Assembly (NCBI GenBank): GCA_018650645.1 | Contig: JABIFP010000023.1 | Span: forward strand, 1-54,475 | DNA: 54,475 nucleotides | Direction: 5' to 3' | DNA from: Candidatus Magasanikiibacteriota bacterium | GTDB lineage: Bacteria > Patescibacteriota > Patescibacteriia > Magasanikbacterales > UBA922 | The notes under the pieces: model-generated | What the model saw: the letters and a program-made list of their open reading frames with translations, nothing else | Databases searched by the model: none | Told to the model about the DNA's origin: nothing | Position numbers and translations under genes: made by a program | Shown: in pieces, positions 25,709 through 36,304 of the stretch | How positions within the stretch are numbered: the first letter of the stretch is position 1 | Layout: the number at the start of each line of letters is the position of its first letter

Positions 25709-26833
25709 ATGAAGATTGCACTGGTTCACGACTATTTAGCGCAGGATGGAGGAGCTGAAAGAGTCTTAAAAGCATTTCACGAGATGTGGCCCGAGGCGCC
25801 TATTTTTGTGTTGTTCCATGAAAAAGGAAACGTGGAAGGCTTTGATAACGCAACCATAAAACAATCGTTTATTGGGAAGCTTCCGTTTGCCAAAAGAAAA
25901 TATCGATTATTTTTACCATGGATGCCGCTTGCAACAGAGCGTCATAATTTACACGAGTTTGATGTGGTGCTTTCTTCAACAAGCGCATTTGCAAAAGGGG
26001 TATTAACACGTCCGGAGACACTGCACATTTCATATTGTCACACACCAACTCGCTATTTATGGACAGACACCCATGAATATATTAATGACCTGCAAGTGAA
26101 TCGAGTAGTGAAATCAATGCTACCGCGATTAATCCACAGATTGCGATTGTGGGATAAAATGAGTGTTGACAGAGTAGACCATTTTATTGCCAATTCAAAT
26201 ACGGTAAAAGACAGAATTAAAAAATACTATAGAAGAGATGCTGATATTATTTTCCCGCCAGTAGATACGCATTTGTGCTCGGTAAGTAGTGATGTAAAAA
26301 ATTATTTTGTGAGCGGTGGGCGAATGGTCAAATATAAACGATTTGATTTGATTGTAAACGTATTTAATCGATTAAAACTGCCACTGAAACTATTTGGAGA
26401 TGGGCCAGAATTAGAACGATTAAAAAAGCATGCAAAAGATAACATTGAATTCGTTGGCAGAATTTCTGACGAAGAAAAAGCTGACTTACTTTCACATGCA
26501 CGTGCATTTATACATCCTCAATTAGAAGATTTGGGGATTACGCCTATTGAAGCCATGGCAAGCGGATGCCCGGTGATTGCATTTGGAGAAGGGGGAGTGA
26601 CAGAAACAGTTATTCCAGGGCAAACGGGAGTATTCTTTGCGCAGCAGACATGGGAATCACTACTAGATGCTGTATTACATTTTCATGATGAAGATTGGGA
26701 TAGGCAGGCGATTGCTGACCATGCCCAAAAGTTTAGTACAAAAGGATTTAAAGAAAAAACTCAGCGGTATGTGCAGCAGCAGTACGAAACGTTTTCTCAG
26801 GAGCGCAATACCTGCCAATTAGAAGCAAAATAA
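25709..26833 (+). CDS. GT4-family glycosyltransferase
   Basis: C-terminal E-x7-E region (EDLGITPIEAMASGCPVIA...GGVTE). Confidence 0.88.
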   Translation: MKIALVHDYLAQDGGAERVLKAFHEMWPEAPIFVLFHEKGNVEGFDNATIKQSFIGKLPFAKRKYRLFLPWMPLATERHNLHEFDVVLSSTSAFAKGVLTRPETLHISYCHTPTRYLWTDTHEYINDLQVNRVVKSMLPRLIHRLRLWDKMSVDRVDHFIANSNTVKDRIKKYYRRDADIIFPPVDTHLCSVSSDVKNYFVSGGRMVKYKRFDLIVNVFNRLKLPLKLFGDGPELERLKKHAKDNIEFVGRISDEEKADLLSHARAFIHPQLEDLGITPIEAMASGCPVIAFGEGGVTETVIPGQTGVFFAQQTWESLLDAVLHFHDEDWDRQAIADHAQKFSTKGFKEKTQRYVQQQYETFSQERNTCQLEAK

Positions 26834-26834
26834 T

Positions 26835-27950
26835 ATGCGCGTTGCTATTGATATGCGACCGCTTTGTGATGCTCAGCGTACAGGCGTAGGGGAGCTTACT
26901 GCGGGTATGGTGCAGGCATTACTTACTCATGCGCCGCATCATGAGTATGTTTTTTTTACTGCCGGAAAAAAACGACCGGAGGATTTACCAGGTGATGTGC
27001 AGCATGTCCATATGCCCATGCCAAGCAAGGTGCTGCGGCTTTTATGCGCCATGAAACTAGCCCCAAATATTGATGAGTACATTGCAAAAAAAACAGGGAA
27101 AATGGTAGATGTATTTTTTTCACCAAACATTGGGTTTACGTCGGTTTCAGATGCCTGCAAATTTGTATTGACCATGCATGACTTATCTTTTGAAGTGTTG
27201 AAAGAAACATTTTCATGGAGGCGTCGGCATTGGCATAAAGCGGTGCAACCCAAAAAACAATGTCAGCGTGCAAACGCCATTGTTGTGCCAAGTAAACATA
27301 CAAAAATCGATATTACTTCTTTGTATGGCATTGCCACAGAAAAAATAATGGTGGTGCAACCAGGACTTACGGTCCCAAAAGAAACCGACTCGTTTGAAAT
27401 AATTGCCAAAACATATGCACTGCCAGAGCGATACATTTTTTGTTTAGGAACCATTGAACCGCGAAAAAATATTGATGCTTTGCTTGATGCGTATGCACAG
27501 CTCCGTAAACATTCTGGCAACGGATTTTCTTTAGTGATCGCTGGGGCAGATGGGTGGAAACATGATACAATTAAAAAACGCATGGCTAGTGAATCTGGTG
27601 TGCAGTACATTGGGTACGTAAAAAGTGCACACAAGCGATCGTTGTTTGCCAATGCACGGCTGTGCGTATATCCCAGTAGATATGAAGGATTTGGATTTCC
27701 CGTGCTTGAGGCAATGGAAGCGGGAGTTCCCGTTATAACAAGTAGTAGGACGTCACTACCGGAAGTTGGTGGTGATGCAGTGTTTTACGTAGACACCATG
27801 AACACCGCAGCACTCGCAGAAGCAATGAGAGAAATTTTGACGACGCCAGCATTGCAGCAGCAATTAATTGAAAAAGGAAAAAAACGAGCCGCGCAATTTA
27901 GCTGGAAAAAAGCCGCAGAGCAGATCGAGTCACTTATAATTTCATTATAG
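26835..27950 (+). CDS. GT4-family glycosyltransferase
   Basis: YPSRYEGFGFPVLEAMEAGVPVITS motif. Confidence 0.88.
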   Translation: MRVAIDMRPLCDAQRTGVGELTAGMVQALLTHAPHHEYVFFTAGKKRPEDLPGDVQHVHMPMPSKVLRLLCAMKLAPNIDEYIAKKTGKMVDVFFSPNIGFTSVSDACKFVLTMHDLSFEVLKETFSWRRRHWHKAVQPKKQCQRANAIVVPSKHTKIDITSLYGIATEKIMVVQPGLTVPKETDSFEIIAKTYALPERYIFCLGTIEPRKNIDALLDAYAQLRKHSGNGFSLVIAGADGWKHDTIKKRMASESGVQYIGYVKSAHKRSLFANARLCVYPSRYEGFGFPVLEAMEAGVPVITSSRTSLPEVGGDAVFYVDTMNTAALAEAMREILTTPALQQQLIEKGKKRAAQFSWKKAAEQIESLIISL

Positions 27951-27953
27951 AAT

Positions 27954-28388
27954 ATGTACGAGCTGAGAACTGCAGCAGAAAACGATTATGAAGCTATATA
28001 TTCGCTCAATAAGACGAATATGAAGGCAATGGTTGCGCAAACCTGGGGAGAGTGGAATGAGGAATTCCAAAAAGATTTTTTTGATAAAAAATTTACTCCA
28101 GAGCGATATCGGATTATTGAGGTAGATAAGTTTTTTGCAGGATTTATTGTTTTTTTAGAAGAAAAAGAACGTGTGTATATAGAAGAAATTCAGCTTGCAC
28201 CTCAATTTCAGGGAAAAGGAGTGGGAACACAGATTTTACATGATATCATTACTGGTGCTGAGAAAAATAAAACCCCAATTGATTTACAGGTGCTAAAAAT
28301 AAACACTCGTGCAATTGCATTATATAACCGTCTGAACTTTATTCTGGTTGGTGAAACGGATACTCATGTATTAATGCGGCTTGTATGA
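27954..28388 (+). CDS. GNAT-family N-acetyltransferase
   Basis: Motif A QFQGKGVGTQIL. 144 aa. Confidence 0.8.
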   Translation: MYELRTAAENDYEAIYSLNKTNMKAMVAQTWGEWNEEFQKDFFDKKFTPERYRIIEVDKFFAGFIVFLEEKERVYIEEIQLAPQFQGKGVGTQILHDIITGAEKNKTPIDLQVLKINTRAIALYNRLNFILVGETDTHVLMRLV

Positions 28389-28813
28389 ATTACCTAAAAA
28401 ACAATACCCGCTTCCGTTATGCATTAACCATGCCATTTATTTATGGGGTTATTTTTCCATTAGTTGTTTTGGATGTGTTTATTGAAGTGTATCATCGACT
28501 CTGTTTTCCAATTTATCAAATTCCATACGTAAAGCGGCGTCAATATATTCAAATTGATCGACACAGACTTGCATATCTTAATCCTTTGCAAAAATTAAAC
28601 TGCATGTATTGCGGGTATGGGAATGGATTGCTTCGGTATGCATCAGAAATTGCACAGCAAACAGAAAAATATTGGTGTGGAATTAAGCATAAAAGTGACC
28701 CTGGAAGAATTTTTTACCCGCCAGAGCCGCATAAAGAGTACTTGCCATATGGGAACCGATTAGTGTATAAAGACTTTGCAAAGAAGGCAAAAAAGCAGCA
28801 CAAGAAAAGATAA
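28385..28813 (+). CDS. small membrane protein with Cys motif (CMYCGYGNG), unknown function
   Basis: ATGA overlap with the GNAT gene. One TM helix. Basic C-terminus. Confidence 0.65.
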   Translation: MNYLKNNTRFRYALTMPFIYGVIFPLVVLDVFIEVYHRLCFPIYQIPYVKRRQYIQIDRHRLAYLNPLQKLNCMYCGYGNGLLRYASEIAQQTEKYWCGIKHKSDPGRIFYPPEPHKEYLPYGNRLVYKDFAKKAKKQHKKR

Positions 28814-28814
28814 T

Positions 28815-29921
28815 ATGCGCATTGGAATAGACGCTCGCATGCTGGGGAAGGGATACGGCATTGGCCGGTATGTTGAGCAGCTAATATTACAACTAGAAAA
28901 AAAAGAAACGCCACACGAATTTGTGGTGTTTTTGCGTAAAGAGAATTGGGACTTGTGGACTCCAAAGCAAAGTAACTGGACAAAAGTACTTGCGGACATT
29001 GCTTGGTATTCTGTAAAAGAACAAACGGCATTGCCCTCTATATTGAAAGCGCAGTCACTCGATTTGATGCATTTTCCGCATTTTAATGTGCCGCTTTTAT
29101 ATACAGATCCGTTTGTGGTAACTGTTCATGATTTGACCATGTACCATTTTCCGCGGCCAGAGGCTACGACGCTTGGGCCTATAGCATATGCAATAAAAGA
29201 TCGATTGCATCGGTTAATTGTGCGTAGTGCGGTAAAAAAAGCAAAACATATTTTTACAACAACAGAATTTACCAAACAAGATATTGCAGACACCCTCAAG
29301 GTGCCAAAAGAAAAAATGACGGTAACGTATCAGGCACCATTTGAAGAAACGATGGATGAAGTTTCAAATACTATCCTGCCAAGCCCCAAGTATATGCTGT
29401 ACGTTGGAGCAGCGTATCCGCACAAAAATGTATTAGGACTACTGCGTGCTTGGGAGATTTTTGAAGAAGAATATGGCATGGAAGAATACACACTCGTTTT
29501 GGCAGGAAAGCCGGGACCCTTTTATGACAGTATTCTTGCCAGCACTGAATTTGCAGCATGCGCACATGTTACATATCTTGGACGTGTGAGTGATGTGGAC
29601 ATGCCAGATCTGTATAGCAATGCAACAGCGTTTGCATTCCCCAGTTTGTATGAAGGATTTGGGTTGCCGCCATTAGAAGCTGCACTGCACGGCACACCAG
29701 TGGTATGTTCAAACAGAAGCTGCTTGCCTGAAGTGGTAGGGGAAGGAGCAATGTTTATTGATCCAGAAAATCCAAGGCAGTTTGCCGATGCATTAGGGCA
29801 GGTTGCAAGCAATATGGACCTGCAACATGAGCTGGTACGTGCCGGAGAACGTAATGTACAGCGATTTAGCTGGGAAACGCTCGCTAAGGAGACGCTAGCG
29901 GTGTATGAAAGGCTGTCATAG
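28815..29921 (+). CDS. GT4-family glycosyltransferase
   Basis: MRIGIDAR start at 28815. FPSLYEGFGLPPLEAALHGTPVVCS motif. Confidence 0.88.
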   Translation: MRIGIDARMLGKGYGIGRYVEQLILQLEKKETPHEFVVFLRKENWDLWTPKQSNWTKVLADIAWYSVKEQTALPSILKAQSLDLMHFPHFNVPLLYTDPFVVTVHDLTMYHFPRPEATTLGPIAYAIKDRLHRLIVRSAVKKAKHIFTTTEFTKQDIADTLKVPKEKMTVTYQAPFEETMDEVSNTILPSPKYMLYVGAAYPHKNVLGLLRAWEIFEEEYGMEEYTLVLAGKPGPFYDSILASTEFAACAHVTYLGRVSDVDMPDLYSNATAFAFPSLYEGFGLPPLEAALHGTPVVCSNRSCLPEVVGEGAMFIDPENPRQFADALGQVASNMDLQHELVRAGERNVQRFSWETLAKETLAVYERLS

Positions 29922-29981
29922 CGAATGGTTGCTCTAAATGAGCCCCTCTGTTATACTCCCTGCGCTTAATATAGATATTTT

Positions 29982-30731
29982 ATGGGAGACTTTTTTGTAA
30001 CAATTCTCTATCAACCAATCTTTAATGGAGTCATCGGGCTCTATAATTTGATTCCAGACATTGGGGCAGTTATTTTGATCATTACGGTGATCATTAAGCT
30101 TGCACTATACCCAATGACAACCAAATCAATTAAGGCGCAAAAGTCGCTTTCTGATTTGCAACCAAAATTAGCTGACCTAAAGAAGAAGCACACAGATAAG
30201 CAGGTGCTTGCACAAGAAACCATGAAGCTCTACAAAGAGCATAAGGTAAATCCATTCGGATCTTGTTTGCCACTTCTTATTCAGTTGCCAATTTTCATTG
30301 CACTGTACTGGGTATTAAAAGATGTGTTTACTGCTGACAGATTTGATTTACTGTATACGTTTGTTTCGCAGCCAGAATCAATCAATCCAATGTCACTCGG
30401 ATTTATCAATTTAGCTGAAATCAATCCATTCCTAGCTGTATGTGCGGGGCTTTCACAATTCTGGCAAGCAAAGATGTTCCAAAAGAAGAAAGCGCCAGAA
30501 AAAGCAGGCAAGGGAGCAAAGGACGAAAACATGATGGCAATGATGAACAAGCAGATGTTGTACTTCATGCCAGTAATGACCTTCTTTATTGGTCTCACAC
30601 TACCTGGTGGGGTAACATTGTATTGGTTCCTCTCTACGCTTACCACAGCGCTGCAACAAAAATTCCTCTTCAACAAGAAAACCGCTCCGGCAGACGGGGT
30701 GATAGAAGGAGAGATAGTAGATAAAAAATAG
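29982..30731 (+). CDS. yidC: membrane protein insertase YidC (short form)
   Basis: 249 aa. TKSIKAQKSLSDLQPKLADLKKK and the conserved TM pattern of the 60-kDa inner-membrane-protein family. Confidence 0.88.
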   Translation: MGDFFVTILYQPIFNGVIGLYNLIPDIGAVILIITVIIKLALYPMTTKSIKAQKSLSDLQPKLADLKKKHTDKQVLAQETMKLYKEHKVNPFGSCLPLLIQLPIFIALYWVLKDVFTADRFDLLYTFVSQPESINPMSLGFINLAEINPFLAVCAGLSQFWQAKMFQKKKAPEKAGKGAKDENMMAMMNKQMLYFMPVMTFFIGLTLPGGVTLYWFLSTLTTALQQKFLFNKKTAPADGVIEGEIVDKK

Positions 30732-30736
30732 TACAA

Positions 30737-30765
30737 TAAAAAAAGCACAGTATGTGCTTTTTTTA
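30737..30765 (+). terminator. intrinsic terminator after yidC
   Basis: A-run, AGCACA/TGTGCT stem, T-run. Confidence 0.7.
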
Positions 30766-31008
30766 ATATATTTTGAGCATCTGCACGAACGAAAAGAGAG
30801 AATTATTGCAAACTGATGCGTGCCTTTGGACGCGAAGGGTGTTTGAGAACCGAAGAGTTTGAGTTCCTGAGTGAGCAGCTGTTTGTGATAATTATCCTGA
30901 GAGAGGAAGCCGCTCAAGTTTTTTCTCCACTTTTTTTAAAAAAGTGGAAAGGATAATAAAAGCAGCAGCTCTTTTCAGTATGCTGCAGATCAGATACACT
31001 ACGATTAT

Positions 31009-31962
31009 ATGAATAAGGCTATAGAAACAGCAATTCTCAAAACATTCGCATATTTTTCGCAATTTTCGTGTCCGCTTACGCGCCAAGAAGTATTTCAATT
31101 TTTATGGGTGGATTCAGGCGAGGCATATTCTAGAAAAGAAGTGTCAGCAGTACTTACTGCACTTACTGAGCGCGGTACAATCTGTTTAGAGGACGGGTAC
31201 TTTGTACTCAAAGGAAACGAATCGCATATTGCAGTGCGCATGAACCGCTCGCATATTATTGAACACAAAATGCGTATTGCAAAACGATCTGCACGCGTGT
31301 TTGCGTGGATTCCACATATCAGTGCAGTCTTTGTATGTAATCAACTGCAAACCGGCATTACCGAGCAAAGTGATATTGACGTCTACATCGTAGTGAAGCC
31401 TGGGTACCTTTGGGTGACGCGGCTGATTACCACTGTACTTATGAGTGGGTTTGGATTGCGACGACACAGTAAGTGTGTTGCAGATCATATTTGCTTAAGT
31501 TTTTTTGTTACAAGTGATGTAATTAATCTAAAACCAATCGCAATCGATGAAACCGATGTGTATTTGCGGTATTGGAATATGCAACTTATTCCAATGTATG
31601 ATCCCTATAGTGTGCATGAAGAAATTTTGTCTGCAAATGCGTGGGCAAGTACAACGTTGCCGCATGCCGCAGTTCCTTGGAAAACTGCCGCAGTGTGGTC
31701 TTCAGGAAAAGGTGTTGTTGCACACAAGGTAAAACGATTTTTTGAAATTGCATGGACCGGACCATACGGCAAAATTATGGAAACGCAGGCAAAAGGAATT
31801 CAAACAAAAAAAATGCAACGGAATGCAGCAAGTAAGCAAGATCAAGACACAAGCGATGTGATTATTTCAGATCAGATGATGAAGTTTCATGAAAATGATA
31901 GGCGGGCAATGTTTCAGGAACAATGGAAAAAGAATTATGCAATATTATTGAAGGAATTATGA
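31009..31962 (+). CDS. hypothetical protein with nucleotidyltransferase-like motif (SDIDVYIVV)
   Basis: 317-aa ORF translationally coupled (ATGA) to the next gene. Fold assignment is by eye only. Confidence 0.7.
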   Translation: MNKAIETAILKTFAYFSQFSCPLTRQEVFQFLWVDSGEAYSRKEVSAVLTALTERGTICLEDGYFVLKGNESHIAVRMNRSHIIEHKMRIAKRSARVFAWIPHISAVFVCNQLQTGITEQSDIDVYIVVKPGYLWVTRLITTVLMSGFGLRRHSKCVADHICLSFFVTSDVINLKPIAIDETDVYLRYWNMQLIPMYDPYSVHEEILSANAWASTTLPHAAVPWKTAAVWSSGKGVVAHKVKRFFEIAWTGPYGKIMETQAKGIQTKKMQRNAASKQDQDTSDVIISDQMMKFHENDRRAMFQEQWKKNYAILLKEL

Positions 31963-33260
31963 TTGCACGCATAAAAAAATTGTGGGAATGGGGGCTCCTT
32001 CTGGTGCTTGTCATTATGCCATGGCAAACAATTTGGCTCTACGATGTTGCGGTCTTTCCAGGCGCATCTTTTGCGTATAAAGGGATCGGGATGTTTGCGG
32101 TTGAAGCGATCATTTGGGGATTAGCTATTCTTTATATAGCACTCTTTTTACTTAAGCGACCAGCGCCAGCGAAACCGGTTTGGAGAAAAGATCGATTGGC
32201 CATTATGGCTGTATCGGCTTTTACATTATATGCACTCGCTTCAGTCTTGTGGGCGCCAATGACAAGTTACGCGCATATGCGCGCATTGCAAGTATTTGCG
32301 GCCGTGGTGTTTGCTTTTATGCTCATGAGTAGTCGGTGGCAGGCAAAGCAGGTAGGTGCTGCGCTCCTTTTTGGAGCTGTTATGCCAACGCTATTAGGGC
32401 TGTGGCAATTCATATCTCAATCTGGATTTGATTCAACGCTGCTTGGTTTACAGGCGCATGTGGTAGGGACTCCTGGTAGCTCGGTTATTCAGGGCCCAGA
32501 AATTGGTCGGTGGGCGCGTGCGTATGGCCCTTTTGCACACCCAAATGTCTTTGGTGGGTATCTTGCTGCAATGAGTGTTGTTGCGCTCCTAAGCATTAGC
32601 ACTTTCTCGAATAAACTTGCTAGAATTTCTGTGAGCACACTGCTTGCACTTATGACCATGGCGTTACTTGCAACATTTTCAAGATCTGCATGGGTCGCTG
32701 CTGCGTTTGCAATGATAGTGTTCTGTTTTTTACATATTTCGCGTCGTAAAAAAATGTGGTCTTTAGCTGGTGTAGTAATTGGTGCAGTATGTTTCATGCT
32801 GCTTTACGCACCGCTTGTTTCATTTCGACTAGTCGGTAGTTCTAATCATCAAACAGCATCTATAACCGATAGGGTAGACCAATACAGCGATGCAGCGGCA
32901 GTGATTGCAGCACATCCCGTGCTGGGCACCGGAATTGGAAATTATGAAGCTGCCGTTTTTATGATGGATTCAAATCGGTCAGCATGGCTCTATCAGCCAG
33001 TGCACAATTTTTATGCGCTCGTACTCGCGGAGCTTGGGGTGATTGGGTGGGTATTTCTGCTTGGTTCGGTGCTACTGAGTGTTCGGATGCTTCAGGTTAC
33101 TAAGGAAAATTTGCTATTACTACTCGCATTATTAGCGCCACTCGATATCATTTCTTTCTTTGATCATTACCTTTGGACAAGTCTCTCCGGATTACTCATT
33201 GTGGCAATACTAGTTGTGTTTTTTCAAAAAAGCACAAAAAAAGAGGCTATTCTTGCCTAA
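31959..33260 (+). CDS. O-antigen ligase/polymerase-like membrane protein (Wzy_C-type)
   Basis: About 10 TM helices and a FSRSAWVAAAFAM motif. ATG at 31959 overlaps the upstream stop. Confidence 0.8.
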   Translation: MIARIKKLWEWGLLLVLVIMPWQTIWLYDVAVFPGASFAYKGIGMFAVEAIIWGLAILYIALFLLKRPAPAKPVWRKDRLAIMAVSAFTLYALASVLWAPMTSYAHMRALQVFAAVVFAFMLMSSRWQAKQVGAALLFGAVMPTLLGLWQFISQSGFDSTLLGLQAHVVGTPGSSVIQGPEIGRWARAYGPFAHPNVFGGYLAAMSVVALLSISTFSNKLARISVSTLLALMTMALLATFSRSAWVAAAFAMIVFCFLHISRRKKMWSLAGVVIGAVCFMLLYAPLVSFRLVGSSNHQTASITDRVDQYSDAAAVIAAHPVLGTGIGNYEAAVFMMDSNRSAWLYQPVHNFYALVLAELGVIGWVFLLGSVLLSVRMLQVTKENLLLLLALLAPLDIISFFDHYLWTSLSGLLIVAILVVFFQKSTKKEAILA

Positions 33261-33316
33261 GGCTAGTGCACTTGACAATGGCCCCAAATGTGTGAGAAAC
33301 TATGTATAGACAAGAG

Positions 33317-33429
33317 CCTATTATCGGCGGCTTGGCGCGGAAAATCGCCATTCGACATTGTGCATCTGACAGGCATCACAATGTCATTGATGGTTGACTT
33401 CCTGAGCTAGCCGCTGATTGTGGGCTTTT
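33317..33429 (+). ncRNA. candidate structured small RNA (unclassified)
   Basis: 16-bp closing helix (33317-33332 / 33409-33424, one mismatch) followed by CUUUUG. Inner hairpins are GGCG-CGGAAAAU-CGCC and GACATTGTG...CACAATGTC. A TTGACA box at 33272-33277 resembles the groES promoter. Confidence 0.3.
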
Positions 33430-33430
33430 G

Positions 33431-33469
33431 AATTATAAGAGGACTGCCTTGTGCAGTCCTCTTATAATT
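33431..33469. repeat. 17-bp perfect palindrome (AATTATAAGAGGACTGC-CTTGT-GCAGTCCTCTTATAATT)
   Basis: Read directly. It lacks a clear T-run on either strand. Confidence 0.7.
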
Positions 33470-33470
33470 C

Positions 33471-33498
33471 ATCCGCCGAAGCTTTAGCGTAGGAGGAT
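33471..33498 (+). repeat. dispersed palindromic repeat (ATCCGCCGAAGCTTTAGCGTAGGAGGAT)
   Basis: Same family and same orientation as the copy inside the rnpB RNA. Confidence 0.6.
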
Positions 33499-33506
33499 AA
33501 CGTAGG

Positions 33507-34115
33507 TCATTTCAATCCAAGCTCTCTCATTCGAGTTAATAGTTTGTCTCTATTCTCAAACAGGTGACATGCAAATCCAAATGCTTCTCCTGCGGCAATA
33601 TTTTTTTCACAGTCATCAATATAGAGTACTTCGTTTCTTTTTATTCCTTCTTTTTTTAGTGCAACATCAATGGCTTCATAAAATCCGATATCAGGTTTTT
33701 TTACTTGGAGTTCTCCTGCAGAGAAGACAGCATCAAACAACTCATTAAATCCCATTTCGTTGCGCAAATATTGAGTACGATAAATTTCATTATTTGTTCC
33801 CATGTATTGCTTGATACCCTTCTCGCGAAGCGCGGTAATAAGCAATATAATTTCCGTGTCTTTACAATCTTCATGCGTAAACCAGTCGAGTAAGATATCT
33901 TCAACAGTGCCCTCCACTCCCCAAACAGGGAAGAGTTTGTGCAATTCTTCTTTCAAGTCGGCCTTTCCACTCATGCAATGTGGAACAAAAGTGTCCTTAA
34001 AAAATTTCTCAACTTCAGCCCGATCTAGATTATGATTTTCAATGAGTTTGTCAGAATAGTAGCCAGGTGAGTGATTAACTACACCATCGTTGTCCCAGAT
34101 AACGGCTTTTATCAT
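33507..34115 (-). CDS. HAD-superfamily hydrolase
   Basis: Motif I VIWDNDGVV, and later YIDD. Confidence 0.85.
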   Translation of the reverse strand: MIKAVIWDNDGVVNHSPGYYSDKLIENHNLDRAEVEKFFKDTFVPHCMSGKADLKEELHKLFPVWGVEGTVEDILLDWFTHEDCKDTEIILLITALREKGIKQYMGTNNEIYRTQYLRNEMGFNELFDAVFSAGELQVKKPDIGFYEAIDVALKKEGIKRNEVLYIDDCEKNIAAGEAFGFACHLFENRDKLLTRMRELGLK

Positions 34116-34171
34116 ATGTTTTTGCTATGTTTTACAAAATATAGCAAAAAAAGGATAAATGGACAATATAC

Positions 34172-34199
34172 TTGACACAACCCCCAAATCGGGTAAAAT
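34172..34199 (+). promoter_or_regulatory. groESL promoter TTGACA-16-TAAAAT
   Basis: Read directly. Confidence 0.55.
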
Positions 34200-34202
34200 A
34201 CT

Positions 34203-34225
34203 ATCACTCACTCAAAAGGAGTGAT
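34203..34225 (+). promoter_or_regulatory. CIRCE-like inverted repeat (ATCACTC-N9-GAGTGAT), putative HrcA operator
   Basis: Keeps the CACTC-N9-GAGTG core of consensus TTAGCACTC-N9-GAGTGCTAA. Lies between the promoter and the groES ATG. Confidence 0.6.
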
Positions 34226-34246
34226 AATTATCATAAAATACGATAT

Positions 34247-34537
34247 ATGCAAGTGAAACCACTCGGAAATCGTGTGCTTATCAAGCTCGCGAAGAAAGAT
34301 GAAATTACAAAATCAGGAATTGTACTGCCACCAAGCGCAGACAAGCAAGAAAAGACAAAAGGAGATATTATTGCTGTAGGGCCTGGGAAACTCTTAGAAA
34401 ATGGAAATTTTGCAACGCCAGAAGTTTCAGTAGGGCAATCAGTGCTCGTAAAGAGCTGGGGTGGAGACGAAGTGGAAATGGATGGAGAAGAATACAAAAT
34501 TTTTGATGCAGAAGATATTTTGGCAATTCTTGAGTAA
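34247..34537 (+). CDS. groES: co-chaperonin GroES
   Basis: MQVKPLGNRVLIK...GDIIAVGPG. 96 aa. Confidence 0.95.
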   Translation: MQVKPLGNRVLIKLAKKDEITKSGIVLPPSADKQEKTKGDIIAVGPGKLLENGNFATPEVSVGQSVLVKSWGGDEVEMDGEEYKIFDAEDILAILE

Positions 34538-36205
<1,668 letters not shown>

Positions 36206-36221
36206 AAAAAGAAATAGATAT

Positions 36222-36257
36222 AAAAAAACGTATGCACCCCTGCATATGTTTTTTTTG
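36222..36257 (+). terminator. intrinsic terminator after groEL
   Basis: ACGTATGCA-CCCC-TGCATATGT followed by a T-run. Confidence 0.8.
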
Positions 36258-36304
36258 GTAAAAAAAGTGTATAATGGCGATATAAATATTAGTGAATGTG
36301 ATGT

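Noticed and set aside
33302-33397. 31-codon ORF (MYRQEPIIGGLARKIAIRHCASDRHHNVIDG) inside the candidate RNA
   Set aside because: It is short, has no supporting start context beyond an ATG, and overlaps strong RNA helices. I cannot distinguish it from chance.
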